From assembly GCF_006345805.1 (NCBI RefSeq), contig NW_021832432.1, positions 372,001-436,000 of the forward strand: DNA of 64,000 bases, written 5' to 3'. Shown here piece after piece: positions 1 through 12,977 of this stretch. How positions within the stretch are numbered: the first letter of the stretch is position 1; every line of letters begins with the position of its first letter. Made by a program: the position numbers and the translations under genes. The notes under the pieces were generated by a model. It was not told where the DNA came from, searched no databases, and was given only the letters and a program-made list of their open reading frames with translations. This DNA comes from Octopus sinensis (Eukaryota).

Positions 1-395
1 ATGTAAAAGTTAATTTATTTTAATAGCGTACTTTTCAGTTAGTAAAAGTTTTTTCTCACACAAGGCCTCGTTTAGTTCAAAGGAGGAGGGAATTAAAAGT
101 TTAAATTACCAATTGTGTGTGTGTGTGCTTATATCCAACTAATGGACGATACGTGTGTCACTTCTACATCACCATTCCATAAAATGTGTTTACCGGGAGA
201 AAAAATGTTGAGAAACATCAATTCATAAGAGAGTGACAGAGAAACAAGGAAGGTGATCGTGGGATGTGCTAGAAGCAACAACCACATCTTCCTGAAATCA
301 CACACCTTTTCGTCCGAAAATATTTGCAATTTTTTTTTTTTTACCGAAAAAAATTCTATCGTTTTTAAGAACAGATTGCCAAAAAAAAAACTTGT

Positions 396-715
396 GGCGA
401 TCTTTCGTCTCTAGTAGACCTTTCCGTCGATTTCCGTAAAAAATTTTTATTTTACATATGGGCTTGCGAAAACTTTTGAAGTAATGAGAGCGAAAGAGAC
501 TAAGAGAAAGCGATTGTCTATCTCCCACACCCCATCAAACACACACACACATGTACATCAATGCTTTCCATGCACGGTAACTTCAAAAGAACTTCCCTCG
601 TCATACAATCGCTTTCTCTTTCATTACTTCAAAGGTTCCCTCAAGCCCATATGTAAAAAAAAAAAAGTTTTTTACGGAAATTGACGGAAAGGTCTACTAG
701 AGACGAAAGATCGCC
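396..715. mobile_element. MITE with ~100 bp TIRs and 8-bp TSD (Merlin-like)
   Basis: TIRs begin GGCGATCTTTCGTCTCTAGTAGACC. Perfect TSD aaacttgt at 388-395 and 716-723. GGNRM terminus plus 8-bp TSD fits Merlin. Confidence 0.8.
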
Positions 716-1789
716 AAACTTGTAGTCACTACAGCGGCATTTCGTCCGTCTGCACGATCTGAATTCAAATTCCGTCGAGGTCGACTTTGCTTTTCATCTT
801 TTCGGGGTCGATAAATTAAGTACTAGTGAAACACTGGGGTCGATCTAATCGACAGGTCCTCTCCCTCAAAATTTCAGGCCTTGTGTTTTTACTAGAAAGG
901 ATTATTATTGTTTGGTTCTTCATAATATTTTAAATTTACTTTCCAGTCTGTCTCTATAGCTTTCTCTACTCCGCCTTGTCATTTTTTCTCACAATGTCAT
1001 TGCTGTTGTTTTAGCCCCATGTCAGCCTGGATCGAGCCAACTAATAATCAAAAATATTGTAACTAATGTCCATCCTGCCGCCCCCACAGCGCAAAGAATA
1101 TTTTCCGCACTCTGATATTCCATGTATCTTCAAAGATGGCAGGTGTGATTTAAGGGAGATTGGGATGACTGTTATTTCAAGCAGTTTGGGCTACCATACA
1201 GAGGCGCCTTCAATTCAGCTCAGCGTTAGTCATTTTGCATATCTAGGACTTCATTGTCCAATGTTTCCTTTCAATTTTTTTTCCAAACAAAATTTTGTAT
1301 CGCATAGTATCTCACAAATGACTAAATTTATATTTCAAACCCATTCGATGTATGTCTTGCCAATTTCATGGATTATTTCGTATCTCTTACCCAAGAATTG
1401 AAATGATTATACAGTGCTGCAAGAGACGGCCTGTGTCTTGTGGAGATACATATATGCTAGGAATATCGAAAATTCACAATGCGAATTAACCACTGTTCTA
1501 CCGTAGTCAGATCCCAGTCTGTTTGTATACGTTTACTGCTTTCTGTTTGGGTGATATAAACTAGGCAGTGGTGAAGTGGAATCCCCAATCAGGTGTCCAT
1601 CGCTAGCAGTTGCTCTAGTCATTCGTTTCTACAAGCTCCTTTAATGTGGGAATTTTCTTTTACTGATCTGTAGCTTATTTCCAATAATCACCGAAGATTC
1701 ACATCATGCTCAACTTGTAGAAGAGAAGGAGGAAACAAAGAGTAATCCAAATTCGGCGTCCGGAGGAAAATGTCATCCCTACTCCAAGA

Positions 1790-2150
1790 CTTTCAAACTC
1801 CACCTGTCTAACACCCGTGGACATGTTTACAAAGTCAGAAAACAGCACAGCTCCCATGACTTTTGGAAACATCTTTTCACGCTAAGAGTTGCTGAAGCAT
1901 GGAACAGACTGCCGGCATCTGTTGTTAGTTGTCGGAGCACTGCATCCTTCAAAACTTCCATGCTTCCTGAGATTCGCCAACACTACACCTGATTTTCTCC
2001 CCTCCATACACACGCAAGCTTGTATCTGACTCATACATTGTTCGCTTTCCAGACATTTGTACGTTACTGCATATACTTTATACGCACTTTTGACAGGTTG
2101 TGGTGCACCTGAGCACTGTATACAATAATTTCATTATTATTATTATTATA
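1790..2150 (+). mobile_element. CR1-type LINE 3' end
   Basis: Encodes SNTRGHVYKVRKQHSSHDFWKHLFTLRVAEAWNRLPASVVSCRSTASFK (CR1 C-terminal TRGH...RV..WN.LP motif), followed by a 3' UTR and (ATT)n tail. Confidence 0.85.
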
Positions 2151-2962
2151 TAATAAAAGAATCAATTATAAAAAAACAAAAAAACAATTAATTATTATTT
2201 TTATTATAATGGAAGGAAGGTATTTTCATGATACATTTGGGGCATCTTCTTCCATTATAATTATTCTGTGATTCAAGGAGTTGGAAATACGAAGAATGAA
2301 GTTCTCAGGCGGAGTAAATTCAATAACCGTTTATTCACAGGGTAAATCGTTTATTTCGACTCCAGTGCTCAACTTTTATTGACTCCGAAAGGATGAAAGG
2401 CAAAGTCGAATTCGTGATATTTGAACTTAGAACATAAAGACGGACGAAATGCCGCAAAGCATTTTGCCCGGAGTGTTAACGATTCTGCTGCTTCGCCGCC
2501 CTCATTCCAGAGAAAATATTTATTACATGTATTCGGTAACTACCTCAAAATCAGCCACTACCGCTAACACTCCAACTTCTGCACTAGTACGGGAGAGGAT
2601 TTTTTTCTGTTTAAACCCAGGTTACCACTAATCAAACAAACTTATAATCAAAAGTATTCCAGCCAAGATCATGTTATCTTTTTAAAAAGTCAGATTTCAT
2701 TGTCTACGTTTTTTTTTTTTTATCTTAGGACGGAAGTATCTGGTTTCAAGATTTTGCTGCTATTTTTGTAGCAATTATAGTAATTTGAAACAACCATAAA
2801 AAGGTTTCGTTCATTGCATTGGTTCTGTAATTGAAGTGGTTAATGCGTCTACTTTAAAAGGAATACCTCTGATTGAATATACTTATTATCAAAGCTATTC
2901 CAAATACCACAATCACTCTCGTATTTTTATTCGAGATTTTATCCTACTTCCATTTCTTTTAG

Positions 2963-3135
2963 GCACTGGGATGTAATTTGCTCAAGAGTTGCATGCATTT
3001 TCTGCAGGCCCCGTGAAGACGTAACGGTTGTTTCAACGTATAAGGTGGGACCTTATCAGTCAGGTCACGATGACCTTTACTATCCAAAATTCTCCCAGTC
3101 AGTAACGCCTGCTAGAGTTATCTCCCTTCCATTAG
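2963..3135 (+). CDS. Candidate internal exon of an unidentified gene
   Basis: Acceptor catttcttttag|, 57 open codons (HWDVICSRVACIFCRPREDVTVVSTYKVGPYQSGHDDLYYPKFSQSVTPARVISLPL), donor G|gtatat, stop just past the donor. Phase-compatible neighbours at 2278-2341 and 3216-3252. Confidence 0.35.
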
Positions 3136-3297
3136 GTATATAACTTTGTCAATGATTCCGTGACAGTAAAGAGAGTTCGTAAGATTCGTTAGAACAGGGT
3201 ATCAGTAATTTTCAGTTAGAATAGGAAATGTTAATACCAGGGCAATAACGCGGTAAGCTTGGTCCAAACAAGCTGCAGTTTAAAGAAGGTTATAAAT

Positions 3298-3627
3298 AGG
3301 AGTGGCTGTGTGGTAAGTAGCTTGCTTACGAACCACATGGTCCCGGGTTCAGTCCCACTGCGTGGTACCTTGGGCGACTGTCTTCTATAGTCTCCGGCCG
3401 ACCAAAGTCTTGTGAGTGGATTTGGTAGACGGAAACTGAAAGGAGCCCGTCATATATATATAATTAGAAATATTGAATTTCTAAATGTCTCAGAGAGACA
3501 TAAGCGGTGGTGGAGCGATATAGTTAGTGGTCGTATACTGTCAACTCAATGTGACAGTCCCTTAAGAGAATTACACCACCGCCATTTAGCCATAGGAAAC
3601 TGTCACATTGAGTTGACAGTATACGAC

Positions 3628-3689
<62 letters not shown>

Positions 3690-3890
3690 ATGTTTGTGTG
3701 TCATTGTCTCCCCAACATCGCTTGACAACTAATGCTGGTGTGTTTATGTCCCCGTAACTTAGTGGCTCGGCAAAAGAGGCCGATAAAATAAGCACTAGTC
3801 TTCCAAAGAATAAGTCCCGGGGTCGATTTGGTCGACTAAAGGCGGTGCGCAGTCAAATGACTGAAACATGTAGAAGAGTAAAAAGTAAAG
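3298..3890 (+). mobile_element. tRNA-derived SINE, family B (internal TA/TG microsatellite, RTE-like tail)
   Basis: Head ggagtggctgtgtggtaag with B-box-like ggttcagtccc; tail gcagtcaaatgactgaaac. Roughly 18 full or partial copies in the window. Confidence 0.85.
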
Positions 3891-6491
3891 ATCTACATTT
3901 ATACACACACCCACGTATGTGTTTATACGTTTGTTAAGGTGCGTAGCTTTGTGGTTAGGGTATTCGGTTCATGATCGTAAGGTCGTGAGTTCGATTCCTG
4001 GCGGCGCATTGTGTCCTTCAGCAAGACCCTTTATTTTATGTTGCTCCTATACATTCAGCTGGCAAAAATGAGTAGTACCTGTATTTCAAAGGGCCAGCCT
4101 TGTCACGCTGAATCTCCATAAGGATTACATTAAGGGTACGTGTATCAGTGAAGTGCTGAGCAACATGCACGCTAATTTCACGACCAGGCTGTTCTAATGA
4201 TTGGTTCAGCTGAAATGCTCGTCGTCGTAACCGACGGAGTGCCAGTTTATGCATCTTTATACTCAAATACTTAAAAACACACGCATGCGCACTTGCATGT
4301 TTACATTTACATATGTATTCTTTTACTTGTTTCAGTCATTTGACTGCGGCCATGCTGGAGCACCGCCTTTAGTCGAGCAAATCGGCTTATTCTTTGTGAG
4401 CCTAGTACTTATTCTATCAGTCTCTTTTGCCAAACCGCTAAGTTACGGGGACGTAAACACACCAACATCGGTTGTCAAATGATGGTGGGAGGGGGTCAAA
4501 CAGAGACACAAACATATATAGATACACACACATACATATATACGACAAGCTTCTTCCAGTTTCCATCTACCAAATCCATTCACAAGGCTTTGGTTGGCCC
4601 GAGGCGAAAGTAGACGACACTTACCCAAGGTGCCATGCAATGGGACTACTACCAACCCTCACCTGTTTGCAAGTAAGGTAATATTTTCCACTCCTGCGCC
4701 TATATCTATTATCTATTATTTCTATGTATGTAGCATAAATATACATCTGTATGGATATAGTTATATATATATATATATCATGTGATCACGTGACCGACCA
4801 GGCTATCAGATGTTACTACACATCGCTGGTCACAATGCGTTTGCATTGTTTTAGCCTTCGAATGACGCCACCCTGCTGGCTAAGCGAGCAGGCCAACAGA
4901 AGAAAGAGTGAGAGCAAGAGTGGTGAAAGAGTACTGCAGGGATCACCACCCCCTGGAGCTTTTAAGTGTTTTCACTCAATAAACACACGCAACGCCCAGT
5001 CTGGGAATTGAAACCGCGATCCTACGACCGCGAGTCCACTGTCCTAACCACTGGGCCATTGCACCTCCACACACACACACATATATATATATATGCCTGA
5101 TGAAGCCTTCCAGCTTCACAGACCCCAGTTGAACCGTCCAACCCATGCTAGCATGGAAAACGGACGCTAAATGATGATGATACATACCTACACAAACTCT
5201 CTAGTTCTCTCCCTCTCTCTCTCTCATACACACGTGTGCGCGTGCGCACTTACGTACGCGTGTATGATTAAATACGTAATCATACTTGCTGTTAGGAAGA
5301 GCAATAGGCTATTGAAACCAAGCTAAATGACACATACAAGTATCAGTTTATGGAAGCAGCAGTTCTCAGTAGGAGATGACTCAGACTGTGATGACCTGCC
5401 CAACCCATGCCAGCTGGAAAGTGGATATACGATTGATGATGATGACATATATGTTTATTATATAGAGATGCAGGCATGGCTTTGTGGTAAGAAGTTTGCT
5501 TCCCAACTACGTGGTTCTTGGTTCAGTCCCACTGCATGGCACCTCGGGCAAGTGTCTTCTACTACAGCCTTGGGCCAACCAAAGCCTTGTGAGTGGATTT
5601 GGTAGATGGAAACTGAAAAGAGCCTATATGTGTGTGTGTGTGTGTCTTTGTGGCTGTGTTTGTCCCTCCCCCCTCCCCACCACCACATGATAACCAGTGC
5701 TGGTGTGTTTACGTCCCTGTAACTTAGCAATTTGACAAAAGAGACCGACAGAATAAATACCAGATTTCAAAAAATAAGTACTGGGATTGATACATATGAC
5801 TAAACTTCTTCAAGGTGGTGCCCCAGAATGGCCACAATTCATTGACTGAAACAAATGATTATATATATATATATATATATATGTACAGTATTATATATCC
5901 ATCACAGCCGGTCTTACCAATTGGTTTTGCACTAGGGATACAATGGAGTGTTAGGCAACAATTTGATTATATAACCCTATATTCATCAGAGGTAGCCGAT
6001 GTATACAAGTTAATAAAATGAATGGTTTATACCTGGCATCTTCCATCTTCTGTCTCTCATTATACACACACACACACACATATCAAATCAGGATCATCAT
6101 TTTAATGTCTACTTTTCCATGCTTGCATGGATCAGACAGAATTTGTGCAGGGAGATTTTCTATGGCCCAATACCTTTCTAGACTCACAAGGCTTTGGTCA
6201 GCCCGAGGCTATAGTAGAAGACATGTGCCCAAGGTGCCATGCAGTGGGACTGAACCCGGAACCATGTGGTTGGTAAGCAAGCTACTTACCACACAGCCAC
6301 TCTTACCAAGAAAAAAATATATTGGTCTTTGGTACAAGACGCACTCTTGTTTATATCACTAACAAGGAGATAAGTTGCTGTTATTTCGAGCAGACAAATG
6401 CCATCATTGACAAGACCAAGGAAGGTTGAAATCACATTATCCAATGGCCTGGTGCTGCAGGTGATGAGGATTTATCTCCCCTCCAGCAATA

Positions 6492-7075
6492 TATGAGTTC
6501 TGATCAATAAGTATCCGGACTGTTGCTATAATAACGAAGCTAAGGCACATAGAGTAAAGCTGTTTGACACAGATTGACCTTGACCTCTATTGTACATGCA
6601 CACTATGTTTTAATGTTCATTGGCCATGACTGAGAAAGTTATCATGGCAATACTTGCTCAGAGGCCTATGCAAAGTTGCAGGAAGTGTATGGAGCGGAGT
6701 TTATGAGTCACACACAAGTGTACAAGTGTTCCAGATGTTTTCAAGATGGCTGGAAAAATGTTGATTTTGACAAACATTCTGGGAGACCTGCAACTAGAGG
6801 AACTGAAAAAACCATTGCAGCTGTGAGGGGAAATCATTGAATCGCCATCCATGATTTATCAGAGGATGTGCAAATTAGTTACAGTTCAGTTCAGTCCATT
6901 ATCCCTGAATATGTGGGTGTGAGACACGTCTCTGCCAAGCTTGTGCCAAAACTGCTTTCAAATGACCAAAAGGACACTCGGATTCCAGCTGCACAAGATC
7001 TTGATAGTGTCGAGAACAATGAAAACGTTTTGAAAACATTGCGTAGGCCCCTGAGCAGGTATCCTCAAGATTTTG
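6492..7075 (+). mobile_element. Mariner transposon, 5' part (decayed)
   Basis: TA plus mariner-like TIR start. Translation gives EAYAKLQEVYGAEFMSHTQVYK...HSGRP...VRHVSAKLVPKLLS (mariner HTH and linker) with stops. No DD34D region or right TIR seen. Confidence 0.85.
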
Positions 7076-7364
7076 TCAAAATTTGATGCAGATTCTGTGC
7101 TCAGCTTTCTCCATCATGGTACTTTCATATATAATAGTGTGTGGCAAATTGATTTATTTTGCACATTCTTACAGAAACTCAAGTCTGAGGCTAACTACAA
7201 AAATATTTTTTATTTTCATTCTCTTTGAAATTGGTCTTATTCGTGGTTTGGGCTTTAACTGCCCTTTCTAGCAAGTAAGGTGTCTTGTCAAAGGGCACCT
7301 CTTTCGTGTATAAATATGTAAATATGTTTATACACTATTGTATATGAAAATATGTTGTCTAAGT

Positions 7365-7780
7365 GCAAGAGTGGCTGTGTGGTAAGTAGCTTGTTTACCA
7401 ACCACATGGTTCCGGGTTCAGTCCCACTGCATGGCACCTTGGGCAAGTGTCTTCTACTATAGCCTCGGGCCGACCAAAGCCTTGTGAGTGGATTTGTTAG
7501 ACGGAAACTGAAAGAAGCCCGTCGTATATATGTATATATATGTATATGTATGTGTGTGTATGTGTTTGTGTATCTGTGTTTGTCCCCTCCAACATCGCTT
7601 GACAACTGATGCTGGTGTGTTTACGTCCCCATAACTTAGCGGTTCTGCAAAAGAGACTGATATAATAAGTACTGGGCTTCCAAGGAATAAGTCCTGGGGT
7701 TGATGTGGTCGACTAAAGGTGGTGCTCCAGCATGGCTGCAGTCAAATGACTGAAACAAATAAAAGAGTAAAGAGTAAGAT
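7365..7780 (+). mobile_element. SINE family B
   Basis: Same head, body and tail as the 3298 copy. Confidence 0.85.
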
Positions 7781-8039
7781 TATTGACTTTATTACCCTTA
7801 TTATTTTCACAGTAAACTTTTTGTAGTTTCAAAGCCTTTCTGGTATGCAGTTTTAAATTTTTTTATTATTATTTGCTGCCAAATGTATCTGCACTTGTGA
7901 TGTGGATTTGAAAATTATAATGTATAAGTATGTAGCATGTGTGTTTTTGGTGCTATTTGCTGCATAAATATGCATTAACCCTTTTGTTACCAACCCGGCT
8001 GAAACCACCTCTGGCTCTGTTTTTAGGATATTTATTATA

Positions 8040-8390
8040 TCCCTGCCAGAGCAGCCAACTGGCTTCCGTGCCAGTGGCACGTAAAAGGGCACCATTCGAG
8101 CGTGATCGTTACCAAAGTTGCCTTACTGGCACCTGTGCTGGTGGCATGTGTAATAGGATTCGAGCGAGGTCGTTGCCAGTACCGCCTGACTGGCCCCCGT
8201 GCCGGTGGCACGTAAAAAGCACTCACTACACTCTCGGAGTGGTTGGTGTTAGGAAGGGCATCCAGCTGTACAAACTCTGCCAAATCAAGATTGGAGACTG
8301 GTGCAACCATCTGGTTTGCCTGCCCTCAGTCAAAATCGTCCAACCCATGCTAGCATGGAAAGCGGACGTTAAACGATGATGATGATGATC
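8040..8390 (+). mobile_element. (GAT)n-tailed SINE-like element, family C
   Basis: Internal gtgccagtggcac repeats, gttaggaagggcatccagctgta block, (GAT)n tail. Relatives at ~26005, 32455, 36050 (-), 43697 (-) and 61863 (-). Confidence 0.75.
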
Positions 8391-8529
8391 AGAGACGGTG
8401 TAAGAAGATGATTAAGCAATAGTTAATTTAGATAAGATATGAAATAGAGAGTGACACTTTTGGGTCTCACTGACACCATTACCTCTCATAACCTATATGT
8501 GTGTGTGTGTGTGTGTGTGACCACGTGTG

Positions 8530-8716
8530 TATCATTGACGATTTTTATCCTGTGTCTTCCCTTCCTTGGACTTTTTCTTTTTTTTCTATATTTCTGACGA
8601 AGAGCTCCGCTCGAAACGTGAAATCCTCCTTCTTTCCTGAGCGTCCAATAACACTATACTTATTCCACATCCTCACGTTGTTGTGTTTTCTCTTTGTTCG
8701 TGTTTGGATTAACTAT
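8530..8716 (+). mobile_element. Penelope-like element terminal relic with minimal hammerhead motif at 8590-8624
   Basis: attt-CTGACGA-a-gagc(tcc)gctc-GAAACGT-g-aaat. Downstream tcctgagcgt is shared with the 21.6 kb copy. Confidence 0.6.
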
Positions 8717-8741
8717 GTATACATTATAAGCTTTCTTACAG

Positions 8742-8880
8742 GATCTGTGTGCCAAATTTCACTGGTCAACTTGAAACTATGGTAGAAAGTATTATTTCCC
8801 TTAATTACTATGAAGTGAGATTGAACTGCCAGCCACATGGGTACAATGCAAACTTCGTTAATCACACACCCATTAATGAG
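8742..8880 (+). CDS. Candidate internal exon of an unidentified gene
   Basis: Acceptor ctttcttacag|, 46 open codons (ICVPNFTGQLETMVESIISLNYYEVRLNCQPHGYNANFVNHTPINE), donor GAG|gtgtga. Confidence 0.3.
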
Positions 8881-11227
8881 GTGTGAATGTGAATGAAATG
8901 CTAACAATTTTGCATATTCACTATTGTATATAGTATTAAATATTGGTTTCAAATTTTTGCACAAGACCAGCAATTTCAGGGAGAGAGGTAAGTTGATTAC
9001 ATCAACCCTATTGCTCAACTGGTACCTATCTTATCGACTGAGAAAGGATGAAAGGCAAAGCAAACATCTGCAGGATTTGAACCCAGAGCATTAAGCCAGA
9101 TGAAATATCGATTTTTTTATTACCCACATGGGGCTAAACATAGAGGGGACAAACAAGGACAGACATAGGTATTAAGTCGATTACATCGACCCCAGTGCGT
9201 AACTGGTACTTAATTTATCGACCCCAAAAGGATGAAAGGTAAAGTCGACCTCGGCGGAATTTGAACCCACAACGTAACGACAGACAAAATACGACTACGC
9301 ATTTCGCCCGATGTGCTAACGTTTCTGCCAGCTCGCAGATGAAATACCGTTAGCCATTTTGACCAGCATGCTAACAGTTCTGCCGGCTTGATACCTTAAT
9401 ATATAGTATTAAACATTAAAATGCTTTTCTTTAATGTACAATATTACGGCTACTGACAGTTTTGAGGTCAAGATCTATAAGCTGGCCATTCAATATCTTA
9501 TCGACTCTGTCATTTCTTTTTGTGTATTTATTTTATCTGACATATTTTGAATAACTGTGTCATTTGTTATAGATTCCCAATGGGTTAGGCTCTAGTTCAC
9601 TGCATTTGTGTTACTGCATGTGACAAGGGTGTATCTGTGTAACTCTGGAGAAACAAATATCACAAAGTATTTTCGATGGACAGCACTAGTTTACTTCCCT
9701 TGCAGTTGTTTACATCTTTTGCTGAGACAAACCATTATCATTTAGAAACCAGTTTTTCCTGCTTGCATAAAAATCAGTTGGAATTTGTTGAGGTTGGATG
9801 CTCTTCCTGTTGCCCACCCTCACCTATTTCCCAGCAAGATAATGTTTTTCCATAACTAGCCATGTTTTTCATGAAAGACTGGAAATAAATAAGCTCACTC
9901 GAATACTGATGATGCTTATTTACAAGCATCATGGACTGTCTAGGCAAAAGAACACATGTACACACACACACACACACACATACACACACACATACACACA
10001 CACACACACACATTTTGAATTAGAAGCAACTGTAATAATTTAAGCATTAATAATGACACATAGTTAATGCATGCAGTTAGTTTGTAAAATTATTGGCTTA
10101 ATGATTCATCCAGATAAAAAGATAAAGACCCCCTTTGATCATGAATAACTATGGGATTGCACCTAGAAAATCCCCCTCAGAGGCACAAGTCCAGGCAAGG
10201 TTGTTTATGGAAGACCAGCAGTCACCCATGCATACCAGCCTCCTCTCTCCATGCCACTGATGTTGTCCAAAGGAAAGGCAAACGCTGTTACTGCTTGGCA
10301 TCAGTGACGTTGCAACTCATTTCTACAGCTGAGTGAATTGGAGCGACTTGAAATAAAGTGTCTTCCTCAAGAACACAACACACAGCCCAGTCTGGGAATA
10401 GAACTCACTAACCACTGAGCCATGCCTGACACTCTGATCACTGAGCCATGCGATTTCACCCAGATAGATGTCCCTTTTAAACATTTAGTGTTTATGTGCT
10501 TATTGGCTGGATGATTTGTTTCATCTGGGTTGCAGTTTCCAATGTTTTTTAAAATTCGGCATCTCAAAGGGATGTTTCCTTGGGCACAATCATGCAGCAA
10601 ACAAAACACAAACGTTATGTATGTGACGTTATTGTTTCTCCTTCACCTAACTCAGAACCACCTGCTGTTCATTTGGATCTGGAGTCTGTAGACAACAGTG
10701 CAATAGATGCAGTGAGTGTACCCATGTGTGACCGTAATGAATCATTGTTTATTCAGTCAGCCACTGATGAATGAATGCATAACTGGCGAACAAATCTGTG
10801 TTTACTTCAGTGAGTTCGTATTTGTCATTATAAATTGATTATATATGATAGCGCTGATCTGACCTTGGTTCTTTCACTATTTAAATATCCGATTCTCTCG
10901 AATCCTGGAAATTTTTGTGGTAAGAAGCTTGCTTCCCAACCTCATGGTTGTGGGTTCAGTCTCAGTGTGTGACACCTTGAGCAAGTGTCTTCTACTATAG
11001 CCGTAGGCTGACCAGAGCCTTGTGAGTGGATTTGGTAGATGGAAACAGAAAGAAGCCTGTATAGTATAGATATTATATAAATATATATATATATATATAC
11101 ATATGTATATCTATGTGCATGTGTCTTTTGTCTGTGTTTTTCCCCCCACCATCTTGACAACCAGTATTGGTGTGTTTACATCCCCACAACTAAATGGTTT
11201 AACAAAAGAGACAACAACTGAGCTGAG

Positions 11228-11560
11228 ACCCCCCCCCTCTTCGGTCATAGCTGACCGTGGGATTGCACCTAGAAAGTTACTCTCCAAGGCACAAGTCCGG
11301 ACAAGGTTGTTTATGGAAGACCAGCAGTCACCCATGCATACCGGTCTCCCCCTCTCCACGCCACCAGCGTTATCCAAGGGAAAGGCAACGGCCGATACAG
11401 CTTGGCACCTGTGACGTCGCAACTCATTTCTACAGCTGAGTGAACTGGAGCAATGTGAAATAAAGTGTCTTGCTCAAGAGCACAACACGCAGCCCAGTCT
11501 GGGATTTGAACTCACAACCTCACGATCGTAAGCTCAACGCTCTAACCAGTGAGCCATGTG
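11228..11560 (-). mobile_element. tRNA-derived SINE, family E
   Basis: Homologous to 10125-10450 (-) and 15998-16260 (+). Head tggctcactggttagagcg. Confidence 0.75.
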
Positions 11561-12164
11561 AACTATGACGATAATAATCCTTTCTCCTATAAGCATAAGG
11601 CCTGAAATTTGTGGGTGGGTGTAAGTGGATTATATTAATCCCAGTACTTGACTAGTTCTTATTTAATCAAACCTGAAAGGATGAAAGGTAAAGTCAACCT
11701 TGATGGAATTTGAAGACAGAACATAGAGATGGACGAAATACTGTTTAAGCATCTTGCTTGGTGTGCTAACAACGCTGCCAACTTGCCTTAACAACAGCAG
11801 CAACAACAACAATAATAATAATGATAATAATAATTGTTAAAAATTATCGTAGGTTAACTATATCTCAAATCCAAAAGATTGTGTTAACCAGTATTTCCCA
11901 CATCCTTAGAAAAACCCTATCGTTTCTACTAAAGGCACAAAACCTGAAATTTTGCAGGAGTGGGTAAGTCAATGACATCGACCTCAGTCCATACCTGGTA
12001 CTTATTTCACCGACCCTGAAAGGATGAAGGGCAAAGTTGACCTTGGTGGAATTTGAACTCAGAACGGGAAGACTGAAAAAATGCTGCTAAGCATTTGCCT
12101 GGCATGCTAATGCTTCTGCCAGCTCTCCACCCTTTAATAATAATAATAATAATGATAATAATAA

Positions 12165-12687
12165 TTGGAAGTGTCATCATGTACATTATTTTGTCTTGGT
12201 ATAAAAGATGGGCTACAGCAAATATTCTGCTCAATACCACAGATTTGCTTGTCAGTTGTTTGACCATAACCAGTTGAGCATGTCCCTTAGTGGCTGACGA
12301 TATGTGCATCTCTGATCACGAGCAGAAGTAGTGGGGGAGCATCATAGCCATGTGTTGAGAGGGATTCTTTGGGGTTTGAATAATTCACCTCTGGAAACAT
12401 GGGTGGTTCTTTCAACATCCTTAAACAACCCTTATTCAGGGACCTTTTGAGCGGGATGGGCTACTCAACCTGAAGAAAATTCTAAATGGGCCCCACCCGC
12501 AAGGTCATGTGCTGTTTATCTTGATATGAGATCACCATGTCGCGCACATATGGTTGTGATGCATGTGCCTGGTGTACCCTTATCAGACGGGTAGTCATGA
12601 TGGGTATATTGGGCTTCGTATATTTTACCCCAGTGTCACTTTGATGGCATGCACTGCTCTCTCACTCAATAATAATAATAATAATAA
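12165..12687 (+). mobile_element. (AAT)n-embedded ~550 bp non-coding retroelement, copy 1 (5' truncated)
   Basis: Homologous to copies at 12978 and 54958. Flanked on both sides by (AAT)n and ends ...ctcactc(AAT)n. Confidence 0.75.
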
Positions 12688-12977
12688 TTCATTCTACTTT
12701 AGGCAGAAGGCCAGCAACTTTTTAAGAGAGAGAGCTAGTTGATTACATAGGGCTCAGTGCTTGACTAATATTTATTTCATTGGCATACCGGGTGAAACGC
12801 TTAGCGGTATTTCATCTGTCTTTACATTTTGAGTACAAATTCCGCCAGGGTTGACTTTACCTTTCATCTTTTCGAGCTTGATAAATTAAGTACAAGTTGT
12901 GCACCAGGGTCGATCTAATCGACTACCCCTCCTCCCCCAAAATTTCGGGCCTTGTGCCTAAACTAGAAAAGAATAAT

